Shown: positions 41,315 to 51,005 of the stretch, one piece after another | Layout of the letters: each line of letters opens with the position of its first letter | How positions within the stretch are numbered: the first letter of the stretch is position 1 | Assembly (NCBI GenBank): GCA_977020255.1 | Contig: CDROCS010000253.1 | Location: 310,001-374,000 of the forward strand | From: Obrimoposthia wandeli | Taxonomy: Eukaryota | Length of the DNA stretch: 64,000 nucleotides | Direction of reading: 5' to 3' | The notes under the pieces: generated by a model | Database searches by the model: none | Told to the model about the DNA's origin: nothing | Seen by the model: only the letters and a program-made list of their open reading frames with translations | Program-made: the position numbers and the translations under genes

Positions 41315-42187
41315 GTGATGAATAAGCATTATTCGCTGGTTTTATTTGTTCTTATTTTTAGCGTCCCTTGCTCTTTAACAGCACAAAAAACGTCTCAATC
41401 ACTTAAGCCTGATATCCAACATGGAGTAACATTTCATAAAGTAGCTGACATCAGTCAATATTATGTTTCTGAAAAACTTGATGGTATTCGTGGCTATTGG
41501 GATGGAAAAAACTTACTCACCCGCCAAGGGAATTTGATTAATAGCCCTAGCTGGTTTACTCAATATTGGCCTACATTCCCTATTGATGGTGAGCTATGGC
41601 TTGATAGAGGAAAATTCCAAACATTACTTTCTTGTGTCAGTAAACATAGTGCTGAAGAAAGTAAATCGCTTAGTTGTTGGATAAACATACGCTTTATGAT
41701 GTTTGACCTTCCTAAACATCAAGGGGATTTCAATGAACGAGTAAATAAGATGCAGCATTTATTACTACAGTTCCCCTCTCCTTATTTAGCTATGATCAGC
41801 CAAGTGAAGCTTAAAGATGTAAGCGCTCTAGATAAAAAACTAAATGAAGTTATTACAGCACAAGGCGAAGGAATTATGTTACACCTTGACAGTGCCCACT
41901 ATCAAACAGGCAGAAATTCAGCATTAATGAAACTAAAGAAACATCAAGATGCAGAAGCAATCGTCATTGGCTACACAAAGGGCAAAGGTAAATACCAAAA
42001 CCAACTAGGGGCAATTAAAGTCAAAACAAGCGACGGGATAATTTTCAAGATTGGCTCTGGTTTTAGCGATGTTCAACGTGCCAACCCGCCAAAAGTAGGC
42101 ACTATCATCACCTTTAAATACAATGGACTTACCAATGCTGGCATACCAAGATTTGCCCGTTTTTGGCGTATAAAGGCCACAGAGTAA
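41315..42187 (+). CDS. Minimal ATP-dependent DNA ligase with signal peptide (Lig E type)
   Basis: Motif I SEKLDGIRGYW, GELW, MFDLP, GEGIML, LMKLK, OB domain ending GIPRFARF; N-terminal signal. Confidence 0.92.
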   Translation: MMNKHYSLVLFVLIFSVPCSLTAQKTSQSLKPDIQHGVTFHKVADISQYYVSEKLDGIRGYWDGKNLLTRQGNLINSPSWFTQYWPTFPIDGELWLDRGKFQTLLSCVSKHSAEESKSLSCWINIRFMMFDLPKHQGDFNERVNKMQHLLLQFPSPYLAMISQVKLKDVSALDKKLNEVITAQGEGIMLHLDSAHYQTGRNSALMKLKKHQDAEAIVIGYTKGKGKYQNQLGAIKVKTSDGIIFKIGSGFSDVQRANPPKVGTIITFKYNGLTNAGIPRFARFWRIKATE

Positions 42188-42203
42188 TTCAGCACAATAT
42201 CAA

Positions 42204-43121
42204 CTAACTATCAATTTGAACATTATCTGATTGATAAGTAAAAATCAAAACTTTAAGCCCCTTGCCTTCATAAGCTTCCTTGAAAACTTCAGGGTTTTTA
42301 AGACGTTGTTCAAAGTGGCAATCAGGACACTCTCGTTCAACTTCTGCTTTTAAAAAATTTTCATCTAAATCAGGTGAATTTAAACATAACATCAAGATAG
42401 CACCCGGGTTCATCCACTGTGGAATACGGCGAATTATTTTAGCGTAATCACGTTCGATATTAACACTGCCCTTTTGAAATGACGGCGGATCGCAGACTAA
42501 AATATCATAAGGGCCATACTTTTTAATACGGCTATTCGACTTGAAAATATCAACACCTTCAAAGACAATTTGCTTACCTTGTTTTTTCGCCAACTGGTTA
42601 AGTTGATGGTTTTCTCTACCTTTACTTAATGATGCTTTACTTAAATCAATATTAACGACTTTACTGGCACCACCTGCAATGGCACTTAAAGAGAAAGCAC
42701 AAGTATAGGCAAAGAGGTTAAGTACATTTTTACCTTCTGAGCGCTGCTTTAACCATTCACGACCATTACTCATGTCCAAAAACAAACCACTGTTCTGCGC
42801 TTTGCCAAATTCGATATGATAATTAAGTCCCTGCTCGCTCACGATAGTATTACTTATTGACTCTCCTAGTAATAACTCAGTAGGTGCAAACTTTTCATAA
42901 CGATGCTGTACTTGTACAGAGCGGCACTCTTTAATCAAGGCTTTTAATGCACTAGCTTGTACCGCGAGCCATTCACTATCAACGGCTTGATATAAGGTGA
43001 TAAGAATAACAGGAGAGAACCAATCAACATTAATGTGGCTCAAGTTAGGATATGCATGTCCTCGACCATGAAATAGTCGTTGGGCATCAGTAAAATCAGT
43101 GCTAGTAATATGTTCTATCAT
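42204..43121 (-). CDS. Class I SAM-dependent methyltransferase, RlmI/RlmK-like
   Basis: GLFLDM, VLNLFAYTCAFS, NIDLSK, DPPSF. Confidence 0.85.
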   Translation of the reverse strand: MIEHITSTDFTDAQRLFHGRGHAYPNLSHINVDWFSPVILITLYQAVDSEWLAVQASALKALIKECRSVQVQHRYEKFAPTELLLGESISNTIVSEQGLNYHIEFGKAQNSGLFLDMSNGREWLKQRSEGKNVLNLFAYTCAFSLSAIAGGASKVVNIDLSKASLSKGRENHQLNQLAKKQGKQIVFEGVDIFKSNSRIKKYGPYDILVCDPPSFQKGSVNIERDYAKIIRRIPQWMNPGAILMLCLNSPDLDENFLKAEVERECPDCHFEQRLKNPEVFKEAYEGKGLKVLIFTYQSDNVQIDS

Positions 43122-43147
43122 GGCTAAGGTATCGGATAATTAATAAT

Positions 43148-43186
43148 AAAAAACGCCCAATAATAACATTAACTATTGGGCGTTTA
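43148..43186 (-). terminator. Intrinsic terminator of the sodium-dependent transporter
   Basis: AAACGCCCAATA...TATTGGGCGTTT with a T-run on the minus strand. Confidence 0.75.
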
Positions 43187-43215
43187 TATCGTTTAAATCT
43201 AGTAATACGTTTTAA

Positions 43216-44640
43216 CTAAAAACCAAAGAGGTTAGCCGCAAAAAACTTTGTTGCCACGGTATTAATAAAAATAAGTAGCACAATCACAGGGATAAAAGTA
43301 CCTAATGAAAAGTTAATATATTTTTCTACCCATGAACCTTTGTAGTTTTCATTGCCGATACTTAGCTCTTCAGATAATTGTTTTTTCTTCCAGCGGTAAC
43401 TCACAAAAACACACAGTAAAAAACCATTAAGCGGTAAAATCGTATCGTAAAAAACGTCATAAATAACATCGAATAATGACTTAGTACCGCCAGCGTACGA
43501 GGTAAACTCGGTAAAAAATGGCACCATACCAAAAGATGCTGTAGCAAATAAGGTTAGTACTCCAGCAGTTACCGTTAAGTAACCTAATGCTTTTTTACGA
43601 CTGTGTTTTTTCTCAGTCACTAAATATGAGACGGGTACTTCAATAATGGAGACTAACGAAGTAATAGCTGCAAAAAATACTAATAAGAAAAAGAATGCAG
43701 CAACAGCACTAGCGCCAACATAACCCAGTGATATTTGTAGTGCTAAAAATATTTTAGGTAGGAAGGTAAAAATCAATGACACTGAACTATCACTTAATTC
43801 ACTTGGATTCACTTCAGGGTTAAATGAAAATACCGCAGGTAAAATCATCAAACCGGCAATAAACGCCACGCTAGTATCCGTAATGGCCACTAACTTAGCT
43901 GAATTAGGGATATTGGTTTGTTTATTAATATATGAGCCATAGGTTATTAATATCCCCATACCCAAAGACAATGAGAAAAAGGCCTGTGATAAGGCACCGT
44001 TAATTACGCTTGGCGTTATTTTATTAATATCAGGTACTAAGAAAAAGGTAACCCCTGCCATAGCATTATCCAAAGATAATACAAACAAAACCATTATAAT
44101 AAGCATGACTAACAAGGCTGGCATTAATATTTTAGCGGCCTTTTCAATACCGTCTTTCACCCCTGCAGCCAAAATAAAACTGACAATACCGGCAACAGCT
44201 ACTAAAGCAATGTATAAGTATGGACTGTTAATGAATTCGCCAAAACCAGCATCACTTGCTAAGTAGTCTAAATGGCCAGTTACTGTTAAAGCAATATAAC
44301 CAAAAATCCAAACGGTGATCACCATATAGAAAACAGCAATCATAAAGGGAGTTAATACCCCTAAAAAACCAGCGGCTCCCCATAAATTACTGCCTTTACT
44401 CAATGTTTTGAATGCGCCAACAGGCTCTTTAGCCGTATTACGTCCTACAGCCATTTCAGCAATCATCACAGGTAAACAAATAAGAAACACAAATAGTGCA
44501 TAAAGCAATAAAAATGCTCCGCCACCATTTTTAGCGGCGTTAACCGGAAAACCAACTAAATTACCTATACCTACTGCAGAACCTGCTGCGGCTAAAATAA
44601 AGCCAATTCGTGAGCTAAAATGCTCTCTAGAAGCTGTCAT
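43216..44640 (-). CDS. Sodium-dependent transporter, NSS/SNF family (LeuT-like)
   Basis: REHFSSRIGFILAAAGSAVGIGN, GGGAFLL, QAFFSLSLGMG, FAAITS. Confidence 0.95.
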   Translation of the reverse strand: MTASREHFSSRIGFILAAAGSAVGIGNLVGFPVNAAKNGGGAFLLLYALFVFLICLPVMIAEMAVGRNTAKEPVGAFKTLSKGSNLWGAAGFLGVLTPFMIAVFYMVITVWIFGYIALTVTGHLDYLASDAGFGEFINSPYLYIALVAVAGIVSFILAAGVKDGIEKAAKILMPALLVMLIIMVLFVLSLDNAMAGVTFFLVPDINKITPSVINGALSQAFFSLSLGMGILITYGSYINKQTNIPNSAKLVAITDTSVAFIAGLMILPAVFSFNPEVNPSELSDSSVSLIFTFLPKIFLALQISLGYVGASAVAAFFFLLVFFAAITSLVSIIEVPVSYLVTEKKHSRKKALGYLTVTAGVLTLFATASFGMVPFFTEFTSYAGGTKSLFDVIYDVFYDTILPLNGFLLCVFVSYRWKKKQLSEELSIGNENYKGSWVEKYINFSLGTFIPVIVLLIFINTVATKFFAANLFGF

Positions 44641-44755
44641 ACTTACCCTTTTTTTATAATTATTATGATAACGTGATAAATCGGAACTTTCGATGCTAAC
44701 AAGCTTTGCTGACTTTGTCTTCTTTTTAGCTAAGCTTTGCTATTACCAAGAAAAG

Positions 44756-44790
44756 TGTAAATTTGTAAAGTGTAAAGTGTAAACTGTAAA
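44756..44790. repeat. Array of five TGTAAA hexamers at 7-8 bp spacing
   Basis: TGTAAA starts at 44756, 44764, 44771, 44778 and 44785. Confidence 0.9.
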
Positions 44791-44967
44791 GTTGAATTTG
44801 AAGTGCTCTTGATCGATAGTGTAAAAACCTCTGCCTAATTAACTCAAGCCGCGAATTTTTCTCTTCAAGTATTAAGTAATCATCTAACAACTATAGCAAT
44901 AACATCGTTAGAAGTTACAGCTTCTTCTGACGCTATTATTGGTTATGTAACCTGCAATAAACGGGTG

Positions 44968-45231
44968 TATACCCGTTACCAATCAAAGTGCAGAACTTCA
45001 GTGGGAATTAAAAGCACTTTAGGCAAGACAAATAATTTAAGCATAGTCATTCTATGGTTTGATTATTTAACGCCGACTAAAGTGATTTTAAACCCATCGA
45101 AGAAGCGTTTGAGCAATATCACTTCATCGTTGCTGTGACTTATAATGGAACAACCATTATTTCATCACAGCGCCTTGAATTGAAATCGCTCAAGCACTCT
45201 GAAACCTGCATCTTGAATGATAACGGGTATA
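44968..45231. repeat. Family A element, full length (264 bp), inverted relative to 14465-14728
   Basis: TATACCCGTTACCAATCAAAGTGCAG...TGCATCTTGAATGATAACGGGTATA; same length and internal module as the first copy. Confidence 0.92.
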
Positions 45232-45319
45232 GAGTAAGAGATTATCAAATATATTAATAATGCACTACAAAAAATGAGCATGCGATATAACTCGTTTTAT
45301 TAGCACAAGCTAACTTAAA

Positions 45320-46168
45320 TCACTTAGAAAAAAGTTTAGGGTTCATAATAGATAAAATACTAGTCGCTTCTTTTTCGGCAAACTCGGCAGCTTGCGTTAA
45401 ATCATCCACTGACAACCCTAACGGTCGACATAAAGATTCATCAATCACATCAGCATAAGAAAACTCCTCAGCGTGACTATCAATAAGTGCCAACCTAGAA
45501 GCTAAATTCAAAATTTTAACATCTTTATTAATTTCTATAGATGATGCTGCATTGAAGTGCCTAATTGGTAAAATAATTTTTTCAGGGATTTGCCAAATTT
45601 TTAATAAATCAGCGGAGATCTCAGTGTAAGTGTAGCCCAACACAAGCTCTTGCAATTGCCATGGCAGCTGATCTTTACCGTATGTTTCACATTGTTGGGC
45701 AATTTCAGGACTTATTTTAGCCACTAATAACTCACCAAAGTTTTGTAATAAGCCAGCAATGAATAAGCGCTCTATATCACGTATACCAGCAGTAATAGCT
45801 AGATTTTTTGATGCTAGCCCACAATAAACACTCATACGCCAAAAACGCTTTAAATCAATGGCCTGATTTTCAAAGTGCTTAAAAGCGGTGGCAGCAACAT
45901 CAACTAACATCATATTATAAATGGCTTGCGTGCCAATGATGGTGATGGCCCGTGAGATGGTACTGATTTCACCTGGGAAGCTGTAAATGGCACTATTAGC
46001 TATTTGTAACAAACGAGAAGTCATTGAAGGGTCGATACCAATAACATCAGCAAAATCAGAAATTTCCGAGCTTTCATCAGCCATTAATGCTTTTATTTTA
46101 AAACAAGCATCAGGTAAAGCAAACGAGCCATTGGCTTGTAATGCATAATCATGTGCATTCATAGTCAT
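45320..46168 (-). CDS. Stand-alone HDOD domain protein (paralogue of 37057-37908)
   Basis: DPSMTSRLLQIANSAIY...TISRAITIIG...GLLQNFGELL...LLKIWQIP. Confidence 0.9.
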   Translation of the reverse strand: MTMNAHDYALQANGSFALPDACFKIKALMADESSEISDFADVIGIDPSMTSRLLQIANSAIYSFPGEISTISRAITIIGTQAIYNMMLVDVAATAFKHFENQAIDLKRFWRMSVYCGLASKNLAITAGIRDIERLFIAGLLQNFGELLVAKISPEIAQQCETYGKDQLPWQLQELVLGYTYTEISADLLKIWQIPEKIILPIRHFNAASSIEINKDVKILNLASRLALIDSHAEEFSYADVIDESLCRPLGLSVDDLTQAAEFAEKEATSILSIMNPKLFSK

Positions 46169-46308
46169 CCTTAGTAGTTCATCCCTTAAAAATAAGGCCT
46201 TTAAAGTGGAGCGGATATATATAGCAAAAGCTTATCAGGTTAACAATGTTAATCTTTTTACTGAAAGTGACTTCATACGGGATCAGAGAAAAATTACCAC
46301 AAATAACA

Positions 46309-46785
46309 TTAGTTAAACGGTACACCACCATCTTGCTTTATGTGCTCAGTCACTATGTAAGTACTTGTTTGCGCAATATCCGTCAGCCCGCCAATTTTTT
46401 CTAACACTAATCTATAGCTTTCAATATCAGCAAATCGTATTTTTAACAGGTAGTCATATCCACCAGCGACTAAATGACACTCAACGACCTCTTTTATAGT
46501 AACCACTTCTTTGTTAAATAATCTGAAAGAATCTGAGGTTGTTCTGCTTAACGTTACTTGAACAAAAGCACTCATACCATAGTTGAGTTTACTGGCGTTT
46601 AAAAAGGCACCGTAACGCTCAATATAACCTTCAACCTCCAAGCGCTTTACTCTATCTAAACAAGGGCTTGCACTTAGGTTTACTTTTTTAGCCAAATCGA
46701 CATTTGAAATTCTACCATCTGCTTGTAAGGTAGAAAGGATCATTAGATCAATACGATCCAATGGTTTTGTTTTGTTATTACTCAT
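46309..46785 (-). CDS. Lrp/AsnC family regulator, probable proline utilisation regulator PutR
   Basis: LDRIDLMILSTLQADGRISNVDLAKKVNLSASPCLDRVKRLE; adjacent to putA. Confidence 0.88.
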   Translation of the reverse strand: MSNNKTKPLDRIDLMILSTLQADGRISNVDLAKKVNLSASPCLDRVKRLEVEGYIERYGAFLNASKLNYGMSAFVQVTLSRTTSDSFRLFNKEVVTIKEVVECHLVAGGYDYLLKIRFADIESYRLVLEKIGGLTDIAQTSTYIVTEHIKQDGGVPFN

Positions 46786-46845
46786 AATTACACTACTTAG
46801 TAGGGGATATAAGAGATATTGCCATAGTAAATCAAGTGAAAATAG

Positions 46846-46887
46846 TAAAAAAACGCGAACATTACCCTAAGGTAATGTTCACGTTTT
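46846..46887 (-). terminator. Intrinsic terminator after putA
   Basis: Minus strand AAAACGTGAACATTACC-TTAG-GGTAATGTTCGCGTTTTTTT. Confidence 0.8.
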
Positions 46888-46918
46888 ATTTAATTAACGA
46901 TTAAATTACTCTGCTAAC

Positions 46919-49900
46919 TTAGTCTTCTTCAACCAGAGTCATCAGTGAGGTGTTACCGCCTGAAGCAGTAGTATCGATACTGATTGTCTTTTCTGTAACC
47001 AAGCGTTGAATCATATTATCAAAATATTCAGAGCTTATTACTGGTAAAATAGCGCCGTGACGTAGTGCTAATTTTTCACTAATGTAATGTTTGCATTCAC
47101 AGCCACTATCAACAACAACACCAGATAAAGCAGGATGCGCCAGCATCTCTGCTAAGTGACATTGTTTAGCCACCTGGAAGACATCTTTACCTGCGCCTGT
47201 GGCAACAAATTTATCTCTAAATTCCAATGCTTCTTGATAAAACAAATCAGCAACAACAGCAATAACGGTATTACCTGTAGCAAGCGACGTCACAATAGAC
47301 TGCACCCAGAAATGAAAACTTACGTTTTCATCCGCATAACAAATAATATTACCGCGATTTTCCAAATAAATAATATTTGACTCACCTGTTGGCCCTGGCA
47401 ATTGTTTCGGTTTTTTCAAACGTTTTTCAATATCAATAAGCTGTGCACGTGCCAATACTAAGGTGTGGTTTAAATCGTCAGCTAAATCATCAATAATTTC
47501 TACGTGTGCTATCTTCGCAAGTAATTGGCGAACACAAGAAATTCGGGTATTTAGCTCTGTTGAGCGCCACTCTTTCTCAGCCCAATTAGCTTTATCCATC
47601 AAATGATTTGCTACATGATTCTCAGCCGAACTGCCTGATAAGGTAGTCATCTTATCAGCTGTAAAATTAAAGTCTTTTTCATCTGGTGTTGATTTTTCTT
47701 TAACTAAACGTGTTAAGTAATTAGGGCCACCAGCTTTAGGTCCTGTTCCAGAAAGACCACGGCCACCAAAAGGTTGCACGCCGACAACAGCGCCAATCAT
47801 GTTACGGTTTATATAAATATTTCCCGCACGTGATAATTTAGCTAAATCAATGGCTCTGTGTTCTATACGCGTATGAATACCCATAGTTAAGCCAAAACCA
47901 GTGCCATTAATTTTATCAACAACACTTTCTATCTCATTACCTTTAAAACGAACAATATGTACGCAAGGACCAAATACTTCTTGCTTTAACACACTTATGT
48001 CATCAATTTCATACAAACGCGGTGCAAAGAAAAAGTGACCATCTTCATCTATAACATCGTCAGAAAATTCACATTGATATAATAACTTACCGTGTAATTT
48101 CATATAATCGCTATGTGCATTTAAGGCATTAAGTGCTTTTTGGTCAATAACAGGACCAACATCAGTACTTAATTTTGCCGGATTACCTATATGTAACTCA
48201 GCTAACGCACCTTGTAGCATCGCAATAACATTATCGGCAATGTCTTCTTGTAAAAAGAGTACACGCAGTGCTGAACAACGTTGGCCTGCACTTTGAAAGC
48301 CCGATGAAATAACATCATCAACAACTTGTTCAGGTAATGCTGTCGAGTCAACAATCATACAGTTTTGGCCACCCGTTTCCGCGATGAATGGCACTTGATC
48401 GCCACCACGGGCGGCTAGGGTTTGTGAAATATGTGTGCCTGTTTCTGTTGAACCAGTAAACATGACGGTTTGAATACGGCTATCTGGAATAATAGTATTA
48501 CCTACCGCACTACCACGAGCAATAACTGCCTGTACTACGTTTTCAGGTAAACCAACAGACTTCATCAATTCAATAGCACGCAGCGCAATTAAACCTGTTT
48601 GTTCTGCAGGTTTTGCTAAAACAGTATTACCCGTAGCAATTGCTGCGGCAACTTGTCCTAAGAAAATAGCAAGCGGGAAATTCCATGGGCTAATACATAA
48701 CACCACACCACGAGCTTCAAGTCTTTCATCTTCACTTAATTCTAATGCTCTAGCAGCATAGTATCGACAAAAATCAACGGCTTCACGCACTTCATCAATA
48801 CCATCTTGCGCAACTTTACCCGCTTCTTTGATACATAATGCAATAAGCTCATCTATATGGCGCTCTAAAATATCACCAATACGACAAAGTAATGCAGCGC
48901 GCTCAGTAGCGGGGGTTTTTGACCAAGTACTAAAAGCAGCTTCGGCATTATCAATCATTGCCAACATATCATCTTTCGTCGCATGCTGATGAAAACCAAT
49001 AATTTCACTACGGTTTGCCGGATTCATTACCGCATGAGCCCCTTCAGGCACTTCATTTTTATTTAATAAATGTTCTACAAACCAAGTATCTAGCGTTGCT
49101 TTTAATGGCGTAATTTCATTAATATCGGTTAAATCTAAGCCTTTAGAATTATCGCGACCTGCCCCTTCACCACGATAGAGGTCAATAGGCATGATGATTT
49201 GATTATTGTACTTAAGCTTAAGGCGTTGCGTTTTTTCTACCGGATCTTCTAGTAATGATTCAACCGGTTGTGATTCATCAACAATAGCATTAACAAATGA
49301 TGAGTTAGCACCATTTTCTAATAAACGACGTACCAAATAGGCAAGTAAGTCTTCATGATGACCTACTGGCGCATAAATTCGACATTGAATACTTTCTTCT
49401 CTAACAATTTGGTCATACAAAGAGTCACCCATGCCATGTAGACATTGGAATTCAAAGCCAGCCTTATCATCGCCAGCTAATTCAACGATGGTTGCTGCTG
49501 TATAAGCATTATGTGTAGCAAATTGTGGATAGATGGTATCGCGATATTCTAATAATTTATTGGCACAAGCATGGTAAGACACATCAGTAGATGACTTACG
49601 GGTAAACACAGGGAAGTGATTCAAGCCATCTTTTTGAGCATTCTTAATTTCAGTATCCCAATAAGCACCTTTAACCAAACGAACCATCATTTTGCGTTCA
49701 GTACGCAATGTCAAATCACGTAACCAGTCAACGACATGAATTGCGCGTTTTTGGTAAGCTTGTAGTGCTATACCAAAACCTTGCCAATCACCCAAGTCGC
49801 TATCAGTAAATACCGCTTCAATGATATCTAATGAAATATCTAAACGCTCTGACTCTTCAGCATCAACCGTTAAACCAATATTGTATTGCTTAGCTTGTAA

Positions 49901-50743
49901 ACATAATGCCTTTAATTTAGGCACTATTTCTGTCATTACCCTTTCGCTATGTGAAAATTCATAACGTGGGTGAATAGCAGACAATTTAATTGAAATACCA
50001 GGTACTTTACGAGGATTGTTCTTACCTGAAGCTACTGCTACTTCACCAATAGCAGTAATGGCTTTTTTATACGCTGCAAGATACATATCGGCGTCAGCCA
50101 TGGTACGCGCACCTTCACCAAGCATATCGTATGAATAAACATAACCTTGTTGCTCTTTAGTGGCGGCACGTTCGGTAGCAGCTTTAATTGTTTCGCCCAT
50201 AACGAACTGCTTACCCATGACTTTCATGGCATAATTCATTGCTTTGCGAATAACAGGCTCGCCTAAGCGACCTACAATTTTCTTTAATAAACCAAATTGA
50301 TTTGTTTTACGTTTATCGGCGTAATTAACCATAGAGCCGGTAAGTAATAACCCCCAAGATGAGGCATTAACAAATATTGAATCACTGGCACCTAAATGTG
50401 AACTCCACTGCCCTTGGGAAATTTTATCGCGAATAAGCTCATCTTGCGTATGCTTATCTGGCACACGTAATAACGCTTCAGCCAAACACATCAAGACCAC
50501 ACCTTCTTCTGAAGAAAGTGAATATTCATTAAGTAGTGAATCAATTGCGCCATTACCTTCTTGGTCTTGACGAATTTGTAAAACCATTTTACGTGCACGT
50601 TCCCATGCACGGCTTCTTGCACTCACATTTACTTCTGCAGCAGGTAAAATATGATCAACGGCAATATTTTCGTCAATTCGATAAAATTCACGAATTTTTT
50701 TTCTTATCGGGCAATCTGTAATCAATGAACCAGTAAATAGCAT
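46919..50743 (-). CDS. putA: Bifunctional proline dehydrogenase / P5C dehydrogenase (no N-terminal ribbon-helix-helix)
   Basis: LMCLAEALLRVPD, SYDMLGE, RLVKGAYWD, QFATHN, YLVRRLLENGANSSF, ETGGQN, FQSAGQRCSALR, EVFGP. Confidence 0.97.
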   Translation of the reverse strand: MLFTGSLITDCPIRKKIREFYRIDENIAVDHILPAAEVNVSARSRAWERARKMVLQIRQDQEGNGAIDSLLNEYSLSSEEGVVLMCLAEALLRVPDKHTQDELIRDKISQGQWSSHLGASDSIFVNASSWGLLLTGSMVNYADKRKTNQFGLLKKIVGRLGEPVIRKAMNYAMKVMGKQFVMGETIKAATERAATKEQQGYVYSYDMLGEGARTMADADMYLAAYKKAITAIGEVAVASGKNNPRKVPGISIKLSAIHPRYEFSHSERVMTEIVPKLKALCLQAKQYNIGLTVDAEESERLDISLDIIEAVFTDSDLGDWQGFGIALQAYQKRAIHVVDWLRDLTLRTERKMMVRLVKGAYWDTEIKNAQKDGLNHFPVFTRKSSTDVSYHACANKLLEYRDTIYPQFATHNAYTAATIVELAGDDKAGFEFQCLHGMGDSLYDQIVREESIQCRIYAPVGHHEDLLAYLVRRLLENGANSSFVNAIVDESQPVESLLEDPVEKTQRLKLKYNNQIIMPIDLYRGEGAGRDNSKGLDLTDINEITPLKATLDTWFVEHLLNKNEVPEGAHAVMNPANRSEIIGFHQHATKDDMLAMIDNAEAAFSTWSKTPATERAALLCRIGDILERHIDELIALCIKEAGKVAQDGIDEVREAVDFCRYYAARALELSEDERLEARGVVLCISPWNFPLAIFLGQVAAAIATGNTVLAKPAEQTGLIALRAIELMKSVGLPENVVQAVIARGSAVGNTIIPDSRIQTVMFTGSTETGTHISQTLAARGGDQVPFIAETGGQNCMIVDSTALPEQVVDDVISSGFQSAGQRCSALRVLFLQEDIADNVIAMLQGALAELHIGNPAKLSTDVGPVIDQKALNALNAHSDYMKLHGKLLYQCEFSDDVIDEDGHFFFAPRLYEIDDISVLKQEVFGPCVHIVRFKGNEIESVVDKINGTGFGLTMGIHTRIEHRAIDLAKLSRAGNIYINRNMIGAVVGVQPFGGRGLSGTGPKAGGPNYLTRLVKEKSTPDEKDFNFTADKMTTLSGSSAENHVANHLMDKANWAEKEWRSTELNTRISCVRQLLAKIAHVEIIDDLADDLNHTLVLARAQLIDIEKRLKKPKQLPGPTGESNIIYLENRGNIICYADENVSFHFWVQSIVTSLATGNTVIAVVADLFYQEALEFRDKFVATGAGKDVFQVAKQCHLAEMLAHPALSGVVVDSGCECKHYISEKLALRHGAILPVISSEYFDNMIQRLVTEKTISIDTTASGGNTSLMTLVEED

Positions 50744-50941
50744 AATGTTTCCTCAAAATGCAACAGGTAAGAATCCTGCTTTAGTTATAGTCTTTTTTTC
50801 TACTAATACATATATGATACCAATCGGATAAATATTATTAGTAGGTGACGGTATTAAATTTATGAGCGCATTTTAGGATAACAGCCACAGGATGTGCTGG
50901 TTATTTTCCGACTTTTGAGAGATTTCATAGGGTGATTGATG

Positions 50942-50975
50942 AAAAAAGCAGTACAAAGTACTGTATTATTTTTTG
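50942..50975 (-). terminator. Probable intrinsic terminator after the GGDEF/EAL gene
   Basis: Minus strand TACAGTAC-TTT-GTACTGC-TTTTTT. Confidence 0.6.
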
Positions 50976-51005
50976 TTATTACTGGTGGGGAATGTCCGTG
51001 GGCTA

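Noticed and set aside
39436-42187. GIY-YIG nuclease plus DNA ligase as a prophage or mobile-element remnant
   Set aside because: Both are short chromosomal types among housekeeping genes; no integrase, att sites or structural genes.
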